A DNA stretch of 64,000 bases from an uncultured Candidatus Berkelbacteria bacterium. Its GTDB lineage: Bacteria > Patescibacteriota > UBA1384 > UBA12157. Shown piece after piece: positions 39,351 to 47,954 of the stretch. The notes under the pieces are model-generated. The model worked only from the letters and a program-made list of their open reading frames with translations. It searched no databases and was not told the DNA's origin. The number at the start of each line of letters is the position of its first letter. Position 1 is the first letter of the stretch. The stretch covers positions 2,754-66,753 of the forward strand of contig CAIRFN010000013.1 of NCBI GenBank assembly GCA_903877885.1, written 5' to 3'. Both the position numbers and the translations under genes were made by a program.

Positions 39351-40541
39351 CTATTTAATAATTCCTCCACCCAGAACCTCTTCTTTGTAATAGAAGACGA
39401 CTGATTGACCAGGCGTAATTGCTCGTTGCGGTTTCTTAAATATTACTCTAACTTCTTCATCATTAATATGTGTAATCTGACAAGGTTCGATTGGATGACC
39501 ATGACGGATTCTGGCACTTATATTATTTGTTTTTGGTTTATTAATCCAGTTTAAATTTGTGGCCACCAGTTCTTTTTGGAATAAATCTTCATCTTGACCG
39601 ACAATTAATTCATTGGTTTTACTCTTCAATTTTATCACATAATAAGCGTTCGGACCACCCAAACCCAAACCTTCGCGCTGACCGATTGTGTAATTTATTA
39701 AACCGTCATGCGTGCCGATTTGGGTTTTGGTTTTGATGTCAATAATCGGACCAGGCTCGGTTAGATTTTGAGCGTAGCGGCGTAAAAAGCCGCCAACATT
39801 TCTGTCCGGAATAAAACAAATGCCTTGGGACTCACGGCGCGTCGCGGTCGGAAGTTGCATCTCGAGAGCCAGTTGGCGAATTTGCGGTTTAGTATAATCG
39901 CCACAAGGAAATAAAACGTGGGCTAATTTTTCTTGTGTTAGCGTCCACAAAAAATAAGTTTGATCTTTAACTTTGTCTTTCGGTTGCAAAAAATGATATC
40001 CGGTTTTGTCTTTTTTGATTCTGGCGTAGTGACCAGTCGCTAAATATTCGGCATCTAACTCAAAGGCTTTTTGCATCAAAAGTTCGCCTTTAATATCACG
40101 ATTACAAATCACGCACGGATTTGGCGTGCGACCCGATTCATATTCTTCAATATAATAATCCACCACTAATTTTTTAAATTCTTTTTCAAAATTAACAACA
40201 TAAAAAGGAATGCCCAGCTTTTTGGCCACCGCGCGAGCGGCAGTCGAGGCGTCCACCGAGCAACAGATATTTTCGCGCAAACCAGATGTTACCACCTTGG
40301 AGGTGGTAACTTGAGGTTCAGCCCAAAGCTTCACGGAGTCTGAATCTTTGTCGCCGGAATCGCTCCAAAGCTTCATAAAAATTCCCACGACGTCAAAGCC
40401 CTGTTTTTTTAGTAGCGCGGCGGCAACCGATGAGTCCACTCCGCCAGACATTGCGCACACTACTCGTGGTTTCTTTCTGTCATTGCGAGCCGCCGCAGCG
40501 GCGTGGCAATCTTTCTTTAAATTGTCATTTTCTTTTTTCAT
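39351..40541 (-). CDS. mnmA: tRNA-specific 2-thiouridylase MnmA, carrying in-frame repeat insertions
   Basis: SGGVDSS PP-loop, catalytic Cys residues, C-terminal barrel; extra ~25 aa after FMKLW and a GC-rich N-terminal extension. Confidence 0.9.
   Translation of the reverse strand: MKKENDNLKKDCHAAAAARNDRKKPRVVCAMSGGVDSSVAAALLKKQGFDVVGIFMKLWSDSGDKDSDSVKLWAEPQVTTSKVVTSGLRENICCSVDASTAARAVAKKLGIPFYVVNFEKEFKKLVVDYYIEEYESGRTPNPCVICNRDIKGELLMQKAFELDAEYLATGHYARIKKDKTGYHFLQPKDKVKDQTYFLWTLTQEKLAHVLFPCGDYTKPQIRQLALEMQLPTATRRESQGICFIPDRNVGGFLRRYAQNLTEPGPIIDIKTKTQIGTHDGLINYTIGQREGLGLGGPNAYYVIKLKSKTNELIVGQDEDLFQKELVATNLNWINKPKTNNISARIRHGHPIEPCQITHINDEEVRVIFKKPQRAITPGQSVVFYYKEEVLGGGIIK
40283..40375. repeat. 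REP hairpin (gttaccaccttggaggtggtaac + ttgaggttcagcc) inside the mnmA reading frame, with 11-nt direct repeats ccaaagcttca
   Basis: 23-nt hairpin identical to 30617-30639; encodes AEPQVTTSKVVTSG, absent from E. coli MnmA. Confidence 0.7.
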
Positions 40542-40586
40542 CAGGTCTATTTTACCATATTTTTCAAAATTTTACCACCTTTACCA

Positions 40587-40620
40587 CCGCCACTTCGGAA
40601 GTGGCGGTGAGGTTTAATTG
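40587..40620. repeat. REP hairpin ccgccacttcggaagtggcgg + tgaggtttaattg
   Basis: Same TTCGGAAG loop and GAGGTTT tail as other REPs. Confidence 0.6.
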
Positions 40621-40693
40621 AATAGTATTTAAATTAATTCTACTACCTAAAAAACCGCCTGGACTAACCAAAGCGGTTTTTTGATATTTTCTT

Positions 40694-40765
40694 TGTCATT
40701 CCGGACTTGATCCGAAATCTAGTTTATTTAGCCCGCCCCGTGATGAACGAAGTGAATTTTACGGG
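40694..40765. repeat. MITE-family copy (tgtcattccgga ... gatgaacgaagtgaa ... acgggg)
   Basis: Carries the TGTCATTC TIR and the gaacgaagtgaa core shared with the uvrB/iscS-embedded copies; overlaps the stop of the 40759 gene. Confidence 0.5.
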
Positions 40766-41367
40766 GTGAATCGGAAACTAGCAAGAATCGCTTTTTGAGT
40801 CTCGGATAAATTAGCTTTATTTTCAGCTGATGCGTCGAAATTAAAGAAGTTGCCACTGTTTTTTACAATAACCTCGTACTGAGTTTTAATTCCCGTAGCC
40901 ATATCTTCGTAGGCCGGCAGATTAGCAAACGTTATTTTCTTCGGCTCAAAAATATTGCCAGTTTCAGCTAACTTCGTAACCAAACCATCTAAATCTAAAC
41001 TCGAAAGCTGAATTTTTTTACCCGTCGCACTATAAGTAAATTCATGATTAATATAAATTGTTAGATCACTAGCACTATCCTGATTATTAATCATAATTTG
41101 ACCCGAGCTATCATTAATATCAACGATATAATTTTTTGGATATTTAAAACTAAATCCCAAATCCTTATTTTCATACGTTTTCCAGTCAGCGGTGGAAATA
41201 ACTGATGATGTTGGAACAGGCGGTTTTGGTGTAACGATTGGTTTAGTCATTAACCAATATCGCCAGCCGAAAAAGAAAGCGACGATGACGATGACGCCGA
41301 TTAAAATTCCGAGTAACCATTTTGTTGATGTGTGCATTTCTCTCCTTTGATTTGTTATAATTATCAT
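40759..41367 (-). CDS. membrane-anchored exported protein, paralog family B (copy 2)
   Basis: Same architecture as 35410-36024; ends FRFTP. Confidence 0.5.
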   Translation of the reverse strand: MIIITNQRREMHTSTKWLLGILIGVIVIVAFFFGWRYWLMTKPIVTPKPPVPTSSVISTADWKTYENKDLGFSFKYPKNYIVDINDSSGQIMINNQDSASDLTIYINHEFTYSATGKKIQLSSLDLDGLVTKLAETGNIFEPKKITFANLPAYEDMATGIKTQYEVIVKNSGNFFNFDASAENKANLSETQKAILASFRFTP

Positions 41368-41423
41368 CTCATCATTTTAAACAAAAAGAAATATCACACG
41401 CTAGCGCCACAAAGAAATTTTCT

Positions 41424-42182
41424 AACCATATAGCGTACACCCTGGAAGTGTACATTGAGGTTTAGCCGGAGTAATTATCAATCAAAATATTTTTGATTAG
41501 CGCCAAATCGCGTTGATATGATTTTTGGTCAAGAACAAACTTCTTGTATCTTTTTGGCGACATATCAATGATTTCTTTAAATAAGCAAATCGGATTATTC
41601 ACTTCCTCGCAAAATTCTTTTAGAGAAGAAAAAGGCCAATCAAACGGATTATCAACCAAACCAGCTGAACTCGGATTTAGGTGCACATAGCGTGTTGAGT
41701 GTAATAATTGATTATCATTTTCAATTAAAACATTCCTGAAATGTCCTTCCCATAATGGACCGTTTCGATGATGTTTTAAGTTAAAATATCTAGTATAACT
41801 ATTTAAAATTTTACCGATATATTTTGAAATTCCATCATCTTTTTTCTGCTTTAAAATAAGATGAAAATGCGTCGGCATAATACAATAAGCCACAATTTCG
41901 ACCAAAACATCGTTATTCTTTTTTAGGCTATTTAAAATAGCCGTTTGAGCCATCATCTCCAGTTCTTTAAACCTTGAGTACTTATGATTAAATTCCGCAA
42001 AACGGTACATATCCAAGAGTTCTAAAATCCTATAATAATCATCGTCATCATTAAAAATCTGATATTTAGCGATACTCCGACTAAAGATATGATAATATTG
42101 GTCGGTTGCTAAAGGCGTTTTTCTAATATTCATAAGTCGATTATACCACAATGTACACCCCGGGGGTGTACATTGGTTTAAC
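41424..42182 (-). mobile_element. REPtron-like unit 3: RAYT gene flanked by inverted REPs (aaccatatagc-gtacaccctggaagtgtac-attgaggttt / aatgtacaccccgggggtgtacatt-ggtttaac)
   Basis: GTACAC/GTGTAC stems in inverted orientation on both sides of the ORF. Confidence 0.65.
41462..42133 (-). CDS. REP-associated tyrosine transposase (IS200-like Y1), copy 3
   Basis: HFHLIL HUH motif, STRYVHLNP Tyr motif; start set at MNIRKTPLA (42133) because the upstream ORF extension is encoded by the REP hairpin. Confidence 0.8.
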   Translation of the reverse strand: MNIRKTPLATDQYYHIFSRSIAKYQIFNDDDDYYRILELLDMYRFAEFNHKYSRFKELEMMAQTAILNSLKKNNDVLVEIVAYCIMPTHFHLILKQKKDDGISKYIGKILNSYTRYFNLKHHRNGPLWEGHFRNVLIENDNQLLHSTRYVHLNPSSAGLVDNPFDWPFSSLKEFCEEVNNPICLFKEIIDMSPKRYKKFVLDQKSYQRDLALIKNILIDNYSG

Positions 42183-42200
42183 AATCATTAAATCTCCAAC

Positions 42201-42632
42201 CTATTGAACTGGAGCGGGTTGGATATTGATGTTTGTAGCGGTAACTGAACCGTCGGAATTGGCCGTGCCGACAACCATGACTTGGGTACCAGTGGCTAAA
42301 TCGGTTTTAGTACCAGCGGTTGATTTGGCAATTGCTGTTGAGTTACCAAACAAAACGATTTTCGAACTACCATCTTTCATTTTAACTGTCACGCTTTTAT
42401 CATCAGAACTGATAATTTGACCTGTCACCGGTCTGGCGCCATTCGCGCCTTGGCCACCGCGCGCAAATTGTCCGGCCACCGCGCCATTTCTCATCATACT
42501 ATTACCACTCCCAAAAGCCGCTCGAACCTTAGAGGTTGTTGATTTTTGATACACCGTTCCACCGTAGAATGCGCCGCCGGCGATTACAATCATAATGCCG
42601 ATAGCTAGAATTAGATTGATTTTTGTCTTCAT
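42201..42632 (-). CDS. hypothetical secreted/membrane-anchored Gly/Ala/Thr-rich protein
   Basis: Start set at MKTKINLIL (42632) with AAAGGAAC RBS; N-terminal TM; beta-rich repeats. Confidence 0.45.
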   Translation of the reverse strand: MKTKINLILAIGIMIVIAGGAFYGGTVYQKSTTSKVRAAFGSGNSMMRNGAVAGQFARGGQGANGARPVTGQIISSDDKSVTVKMKDGSSKIVLFGNSTAIAKSTAGTKTDLATGTQVMVVGTANSDGSVTATNINIQPAPVQ

Positions 42633-42678
42633 CTTGTTCCTTTCATTTATTATTTTTTTATGATATGGAAATATCTTC

Positions 42679-43902
42679 TTATTCATATCTTAAGGCTTCG
42701 ATTGGTGATAATTTACTGGCGCGTTGGGCCGGATACCAACCAAAAACAATTCCAATCACTGCCGAAACACCAATGGCTAAAAAGACCGAACTTAACGATA
42801 TTGTAAATGGTAATTTCATAAAGTAATCGACAATATAAGATAAAACCACACCAACAACCATACCGATTAGACCGCCGACCAAAGTCAAAACCGTCGCCTC
42901 GGTCAAGAACTGCAAAATAATAACTTTACTCTCTGCACCAAGCGCTTTTCGTAAACCGATTTCACGAGTGCGTTCGGTTACAGTCACAAACATAATATTC
43001 ATAATCCCAATCCCACCGACCAACAAAGATATGGCGGCGATACCGGCCAATAAAGTTGTCAAAGTGGTTGTCACCGAGGAAGCCGCGCCAGCCACATCAT
43101 TTTGAGAAATAATCGTAAAATCGGCTTGAGCCGGATTTGCAATTTTATGGCGCGCCAGCAAAAAATAGCCAACTTGATCTTGAGCGACCACAATTTGATC
43201 TTTGCTTTTGGCTTCCAAAGAAATGGCGGTTAGATAATTAATTCCAAACAAAGATTTTTGAGCGGTAGTTAGCGGTACATAAATCATATCATCTTGATTT
43301 TGAAAACCAGTCCCACCTTTACTGGCAGTCACGCCAACCACTCGAAAAGCGATTCGATTAATCCGAATCGTCTGACCAACCACATTAGTATTGGTGCCAA
43401 ACAAATCGGAAACCACTTGCGGGCCAATCACTGCAACTTTAGTTTGACTATTGACATCGTTTTGAGAAATAAAAGTGCCGGTTGATAAATTAATATTATG
43501 AACGCTCGGATAAGTCGATGTCGCGCCCACGATTTGAGTGTTGGTATTTTTGCTGCCAGTTGTAACTTGACCACGACGGGAAACTTCCGGCGAAACCTGA
43601 CTGATCGTATTAATTGTAGCTGATGTTTGAATCGCTGTGCCATCTTCATTGGTTAAAGTGGTAGCTGCATTAGCCGACCTTACACCAGCAGACGATTGTA
43701 GACTGGGAGAAATTGTCAGTAAGTTTGAACCCAAAGTAGCAATTTGGTTTTCCACCGCCATTTTAGCTGATTGGCCGATGCTAACTAAAGCAATCACGGC
43801 CGTAATGCCGATGACAATACCTAAAGCAGCCAAAGCCGTCCGGGTTTTTTGTAATCCCAAGGCCTCGATGGCTGATGCTAAAATTTCACTAAAATCTGAC
43901 AT
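42679..43902 (-). CDS. ABC transporter permease, MacB/FtsX-like
   Basis: N-terminal TM, large periplasmic domain, C-terminal FtsX 3-TM bundle. Confidence 0.8.
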   Translation of the reverse strand: MSDFSEILASAIEALGLQKTRTALAALGIVIGITAVIALVSIGQSAKMAVENQIATLGSNLLTISPSLQSSAGVRSANAATTLTNEDGTAIQTSATINTISQVSPEVSRRGQVTTGSKNTNTQIVGATSTYPSVHNINLSTGTFISQNDVNSQTKVAVIGPQVVSDLFGTNTNVVGQTIRINRIAFRVVGVTASKGGTGFQNQDDMIYVPLTTAQKSLFGINYLTAISLEAKSKDQIVVAQDQVGYFLLARHKIANPAQADFTIISQNDVAGAASSVTTTLTTLLAGIAAISLLVGGIGIMNIMFVTVTERTREIGLRKALGAESKVIILQFLTEATVLTLVGGLIGMVVGVVLSYIVDYFMKLPFTISLSSVFLAIGVSAVIGIVFGWYPAQRASKLSPIEALRYE

Positions 43903-43917
43903 AAATACTTAAATCCT

Positions 43918-43985
43918 AATTAATTAATGCAGAATGCAGAATTGAATAATTTTTTTTAATTCTGAATTATGAATTCTGAATTATC
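43918..43985. repeat. AT-rich repeat block: aattaattaatgcagaatgcagaattgaataa (inverted copy at 58130-58161) plus tandem aattctgaattatg x2
   Basis: ~30 of 32 nt reverse-complement identity with 58130-58161; 14-nt tandem repeat. Confidence 0.5.
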
Positions 43986-44659
43986 TAATTTTTTTGGTCA
44001 CTCACAATATTACCATCTTTAATCGTGATCACTCTGTGAGCAAAAGCGGCCACGGTCGGTTCATGGGTAATCATCACAATGGTTTTGCCTTCCTCGTTTA
44101 ATTTGGTAAAAATTTGCATAATTTCTTCGCTTTGATGAGTCGCCAAATTTCCGGTTGGTTCATCGGCTAAAATCATCGCTGGATCATTAGCTAAACTTCG
44201 CGCAATCGCTACTCGCTGTTGTTGGCCACCGGAAAGTTGCGCTGGTGTGTGTTCCAGCCTATCGCCCAAATCCACCATTTCCAGTAATTTTTGGGCTTTC
44301 ATTGGCCGCTCAATCTTAGGAACGCCACCATACATCATTGGTAACATCACGTTTTTTAAAGCTGAAGTTCTAGCTAACAAATTAAACGATTGAAAAACAA
44401 AGCCAATTTTTTGATTACGGACTCGAGCCAACTCATTTTCCGACAAGTCACTTACCTCCTTACTATCAAGTTTGTAATTTCCAGTCGTCGGTTTATCGAG
44501 TAATCCTAAAATATGCATCAAAGTCGATTTTCCTGATCCTGATGGACCAACAATGGCCACAAACTCGCCATCGGTAATTTCCAGATCGATTTTTTCCAAA
44601 GCGATTGTTTCGACATCACCGGTCGTATAAATTTTCGAAATATTTGTTAGTTGAATCAT
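43985..44659 (-). CDS. ABC transporter ATP-binding protein (MacB/LolD-type)
   Basis: Walker [13 protein letters not shown] signature LSGGQQQRV, Walker B ILADEPTG. Confidence 0.88.
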   Translation of the reverse strand: MIQLTNISKIYTTGDVETIALEKIDLEITDGEFVAIVGPSGSGKSTLMHILGLLDKPTTGNYKLDSKEVSDLSENELARVRNQKIGFVFQSFNLLARTSALKNVMLPMMYGGVPKIERPMKAQKLLEMVDLGDRLEHTPAQLSGGQQQRVAIARSLANDPAMILADEPTGNLATHQSEEIMQIFTKLNEEGKTIVMITHEPTVAAFAHRVITIKDGNIVSDQKN

Positions 44660-44680
44660 ATAGTATTTTTGATTTAGTGT

Positions 44681-46048
44681 TTAGCCGCCGGTTCGAGTCC
44701 GCGTCGCGCTACCCGATCCACCAAGACTAGCGCCACTAAAACCACCGCCGCCAGTCGTTCTAAGTCCGCCAAAAACCGAAGTTGTACTTGATGCTGTAGT
44801 AGTAGTTTTACTAACCGTACCAGTTACCACTGTATCGCCTTCATTAACGCCGCTCACAATTTCAATATCCGAATCGGAACTAATCCCAGTTTGAACGGTT
44901 TTAATTTGCGGCGCATTATTAACCATCACTTGAACCGTAGTATCGCCGTTTGTTGAAGTGGAAACCGCCGCGGCCGGCACAGTTAAAACATCAACTTTTG
45001 TGTCCAAAATAATATTGGCTGTAGCACTCATATTTGGTAAAATATCGCTGGCCTGATCATCAAACTGAATCGTAATCGGATAATTAGTCACCCCGGAACT
45101 AACCGTGCCGGTTTTGTTTATACCAATTACTTTACCAGTAAAAGTTTTGTCGGAAATGGCATCAACCGTAATGGTCGCTTTTTGATCGGTTTTGATTTTA
45201 TTAATATCGCTTTCGGAAACATCGGCGCTCATCACCGGATTAGATTGGTTGAAAATAGCCAAGAGCTGACCGCTAGTACTTTTCGCATTAGAATTACTCG
45301 ATGAAGTTGTTTGCGTAATCGACATACCAACATAACAACTCATACCACTAACTGTGCCATCAATCGGCGAAGTAACCGTCGCTTGAGTCTGTTGATAAGC
45401 GATATAAGCCGCTTTCAAATTAATTTGGGCCTGGCTGATACTATTACCGGAATCATCAAGTTCGGCTTGAGCCACTTGCGCATCAGTATTGGCGTTATAT
45501 TGTTGTTCGGCAAAACTCAAAGCATCTTGAGCCTGTTTTAGGGCTAGTTTTTTCTGAACTCTAGCAGCCGAACCAGTCGCATTATTTAAATCGATTTCTG
45601 CTTGTTTGACGGCCATTTTAGCTGAAGTTAAATTTTTGCCACGATTAAAATTAGCTTGATCAACTGATTGTTGAGCAGTCAGTTGATTATTTTGAGCGGT
45701 TTGGAGTGAGCTTTGAGCCGCTAAATAAGCTGAATAGGCTTTGGCTTGCGCCTGTTGGCCATCCTGATCGAGTGAAATTTGTAGGAGTTTTTGCCCAGCG
45801 TAAACTTTATCGCCGTCTTTAACATAAACGGAGCTAACCAAACCGCTGGCACCGGTGGTAATACTATAATAATTTGAGCTCAAAATTGAACCAGAAGCGG
45901 CAATCGAAGAAACAATCGTCCCCTTTTGGACTTGGCTAGTTGTATATTGCATGGCCAAACTGCCGGCTTTAACCTTTTGATAAATTAAAATTCCGGCCAC
46001 GATTAAAATAATTACTCCACCAATAATCCACCACTTTTTGTTTTTCAT
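44681..46048 (-). CDS. HlyD/MacA-type periplasmic adaptor subunit
   Basis: N-terminal TM, long coiled-coil Q/A-rich region, beta-barrel C-terminus; sits next to the ABC pair. Confidence 0.7.
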   Translation of the reverse strand: MKNKKWWIIGGVIILIVAGILIYQKVKAGSLAMQYTTSQVQKGTIVSSIAASGSILSSNYYSITTGASGLVSSVYVKDGDKVYAGQKLLQISLDQDGQQAQAKAYSAYLAAQSSLQTAQNNQLTAQQSVDQANFNRGKNLTSAKMAVKQAEIDLNNATGSAARVQKKLALKQAQDALSFAEQQYNANTDAQVAQAELDDSGNSISQAQINLKAAYIAYQQTQATVTSPIDGTVSGMSCYVGMSITQTTSSSNSNAKSTSGQLLAIFNQSNPVMSADVSESDINKIKTDQKATITVDAISDKTFTGKVIGINKTGTVSSGVTNYPITIQFDDQASDILPNMSATANIILDTKVDVLTVPAAAVSTSTNGDTTVQVMVNNAPQIKTVQTGISSDSDIEIVSGVNEGDTVVTGTVSKTTTTASSTTSVFGGLRTTGGGGFSGASLGGSGSATRTRTGG

Positions 46049-46113
46049 AAAATTTCCCCGATTAATTAGATATTTTAATATTATAAATAAAAGCTGAAGA
46101 ATTGCTTAATCTT

Positions 46114-47142
46114 TTAACTAAGCGGCAAAGAAACCGTAAAAGTCGTGCCAAGATTCGGCTGACTTTTTACTTCAATAGTTCCATTATGAAGCTTAACAAT
46201 TTGCTTGGCAATTGCTAAACCGAGGCCGTAGCCAGCATAATCTTCTTTAGAGCGCGACTGATCGGCGCGATAAAACCGGTCAAAAATATGCGGCAAATCT
46301 TGCGCACTAATACCGATACCTTGATCTTGAATTTTGATTAACAAATGATTTTTTTGCAAGTTAGTTTCAATTTGAACAATCGTTTTAGGTTTGCTATATT
46401 TAATTGCATTATCAACCAAAATAGTGATTAGTTTGGCGATTTGCGTTTCATTGCCAATGATTTTTAAATTAGATATTTTGGTTTTAATTTTAACGTTTTT
46501 AACGGCGGCAATTTTAGTAAATTTTTGTACGATTGACACAATTAAATCTTTGATTTTGATTTTGTCGCTCGATAAATCTTGGTTTTTATTTTGACCAATT
46601 TCATATTGAGCTAGTTCTAACAAACCATTGGCTAAGTTTTCCAACTTGGCCATTTCTTCCAAATTACTTTGGAGCATGGCTTTGGCTTCCAGCAATTTTA
46701 GATTCTTACTTCGTAAAGCCACTTCTGTTTCCAACTTCATTGCCGCCAAAGGCGTGCGCAATTCGTGGGAAGCATCAGCTGTAAACTGATTTTGCAATTC
46801 CACCATTTCTTGAATCGGTTCTAAAGTTTTCTTGGCAAAAAAGTAACTAGCGAGTCCGGCCAAAAGCCAAATTGCCAAATTAGTCATTAATAAATTTCGA
46901 ATCATCCGATCTTTTAGCTGATCGAGTTGTTGCTGACGCAAAGTTTCGAAAGCATCAATATCGAAATTAGTTTGTAGTTGCCGCGGCGGCGGCATTCGAA
47001 GAACAACCGATTGATTATGATTAAAAATTCCAATTTCATGAAAAGACACCAAGTAAACCAAACCACTAAACATGGTACTAATAATCATCACAATTAAAAT
47101 ATACCAAAGGGTCAGTTTTAGTTGAGCGCTTTTAAACGGCAT
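46114..47142 (-). CDS. sensor histidine kinase
   Basis: HisKA H-box ADASHELRTPL, HATPase N/G boxes; start set at MPFKS (47142), overlapping the response-regulator stop by 11 nt. Confidence 0.8.
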   Translation of the reverse strand: MPFKSAQLKLTLWYILIVMIISTMFSGLVYLVSFHEIGIFNHNQSVVLRMPPPRQLQTNFDIDAFETLRQQQLDQLKDRMIRNLLMTNLAIWLLAGLASYFFAKKTLEPIQEMVELQNQFTADASHELRTPLAAMKLETEVALRSKNLKLLEAKAMLQSNLEEMAKLENLANGLLELAQYEIGQNKNQDLSSDKIKIKDLIVSIVQKFTKIAAVKNVKIKTKISNLKIIGNETQIAKLITILVDNAIKYSKPKTIVQIETNLQKNHLLIKIQDQGIGISAQDLPHIFDRFYRADQSRSKEDYAGYGLGLAIAKQIVKLHNGTIEVKSQPNLGTTFTVSLPLS

Positions 47143-47821
47143 CGCTGCCTCCAATTCGGTAGCCAAAACCATGAATAGTTTCAAGCAAATTTTTAGCTTC
47201 GACAAAAGGCTTGTCGATTTTTTTTCGCAAATAACCGATATAAACTTCAACTGTGTTTGGCAAAATATCGGCATCAAAATCCCAGACATGATTAATAATC
47301 ATATCTTTGGAAATAATTCGCTTGGGATTTCTCATTAAATATTCCAAGAGCGCAAATTCCTTGCGACTTAATTTAATAGTTTTATCAAAACGTTTAACAA
47401 CAAATTTTTCCGAATCCAAAATCAAATCATTAATTTGTAAAACTTGATTAAGCGATTTGGCTGGCCGTCGTAACAGGGCTTTAACTCGAGCCAAGAATTC
47501 TTCAAAGGCGAAGGGTTTAACTAAATAATCATCGGCGCCCATATTCAAGCCTTCGACTTTGTCGCGAGTTTTGTCCTTAGCAGTAAGAATTAAAATTGGC
47601 GTATGAATTTCTGATTCGCGCAATTTTTTACAAATCAAAAGTCCATCGACTTTTCCCGGCAACATCCGATCGAGCACAATTAAATCATATTTAATCGTCA
47701 TAGCCGAACCCAAACCATCTTCACCATTAAAAGAAAGATCGACTGCAAACGATTCCTGTTCCAAACCCTTTTTTAAGGCCGTGGCAATTTTATGATCATC
47801 TTCAACAATTAATATACGCAT
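47132..47821 (-). CDS. OmpR-family response regulator
   Basis: Receiver domain MRILIVEDD...D, winged-helix C-terminus. Confidence 0.88.
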   Translation of the reverse strand: MRILIVEDDHKIATALKKGLEQESFAVDLSFNGEDGLGSAMTIKYDLIVLDRMLPGKVDGLLICKKLRESEIHTPILILTAKDKTRDKVEGLNMGADDYLVKPFAFEEFLARVKALLRRPAKSLNQVLQINDLILDSEKFVVKRFDKTIKLSRKEFALLEYLMRNPKRIISKDMIINHVWDFDADILPNTVEVYIGYLRKKIDKPFVEAKNLLETIHGFGYRIGGSDAV

Positions 47822-47899
47822 ATATTTATCCTAATTTCTAATCCTGAAAAATTACTGAGAGAATATCGTATCAAGAATTAAATTAGATTACAAATATCT

Positions 47900-47940
47900 T
47901 TAACCATTTCTATCACCTACGAGGTGTTAAGAATGGTTAA
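47900..47940. repeat. REP hairpin ttaaccatttctatcacc-tacgagg-tgttaagaatggttaa
   Basis: Loop TACGAGG and GGTTAA ends resemble the RAYT1-flanking REPs. Confidence 0.5.
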
Positions 47941-47954
47941 TTAGAGCTCTTTCC

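Noticed and set aside
42134-42184. N-terminal 17 codons of the tracked RAYT3 ORF (MLNQCTPPGCTLWYNRL)
   Set aside because: They are encoded by the flanking REP hairpin. The paralog alignment (MNIRK...) supports the internal ATG at 42133.
44684-44705. ggttcgagtcc, resembling a tRNA T-loop
   Set aside because: The flanking bases cannot form a T-stem or acceptor stem, and the stretch lies inside the well-supported HlyD-family ORF (44681-46048).
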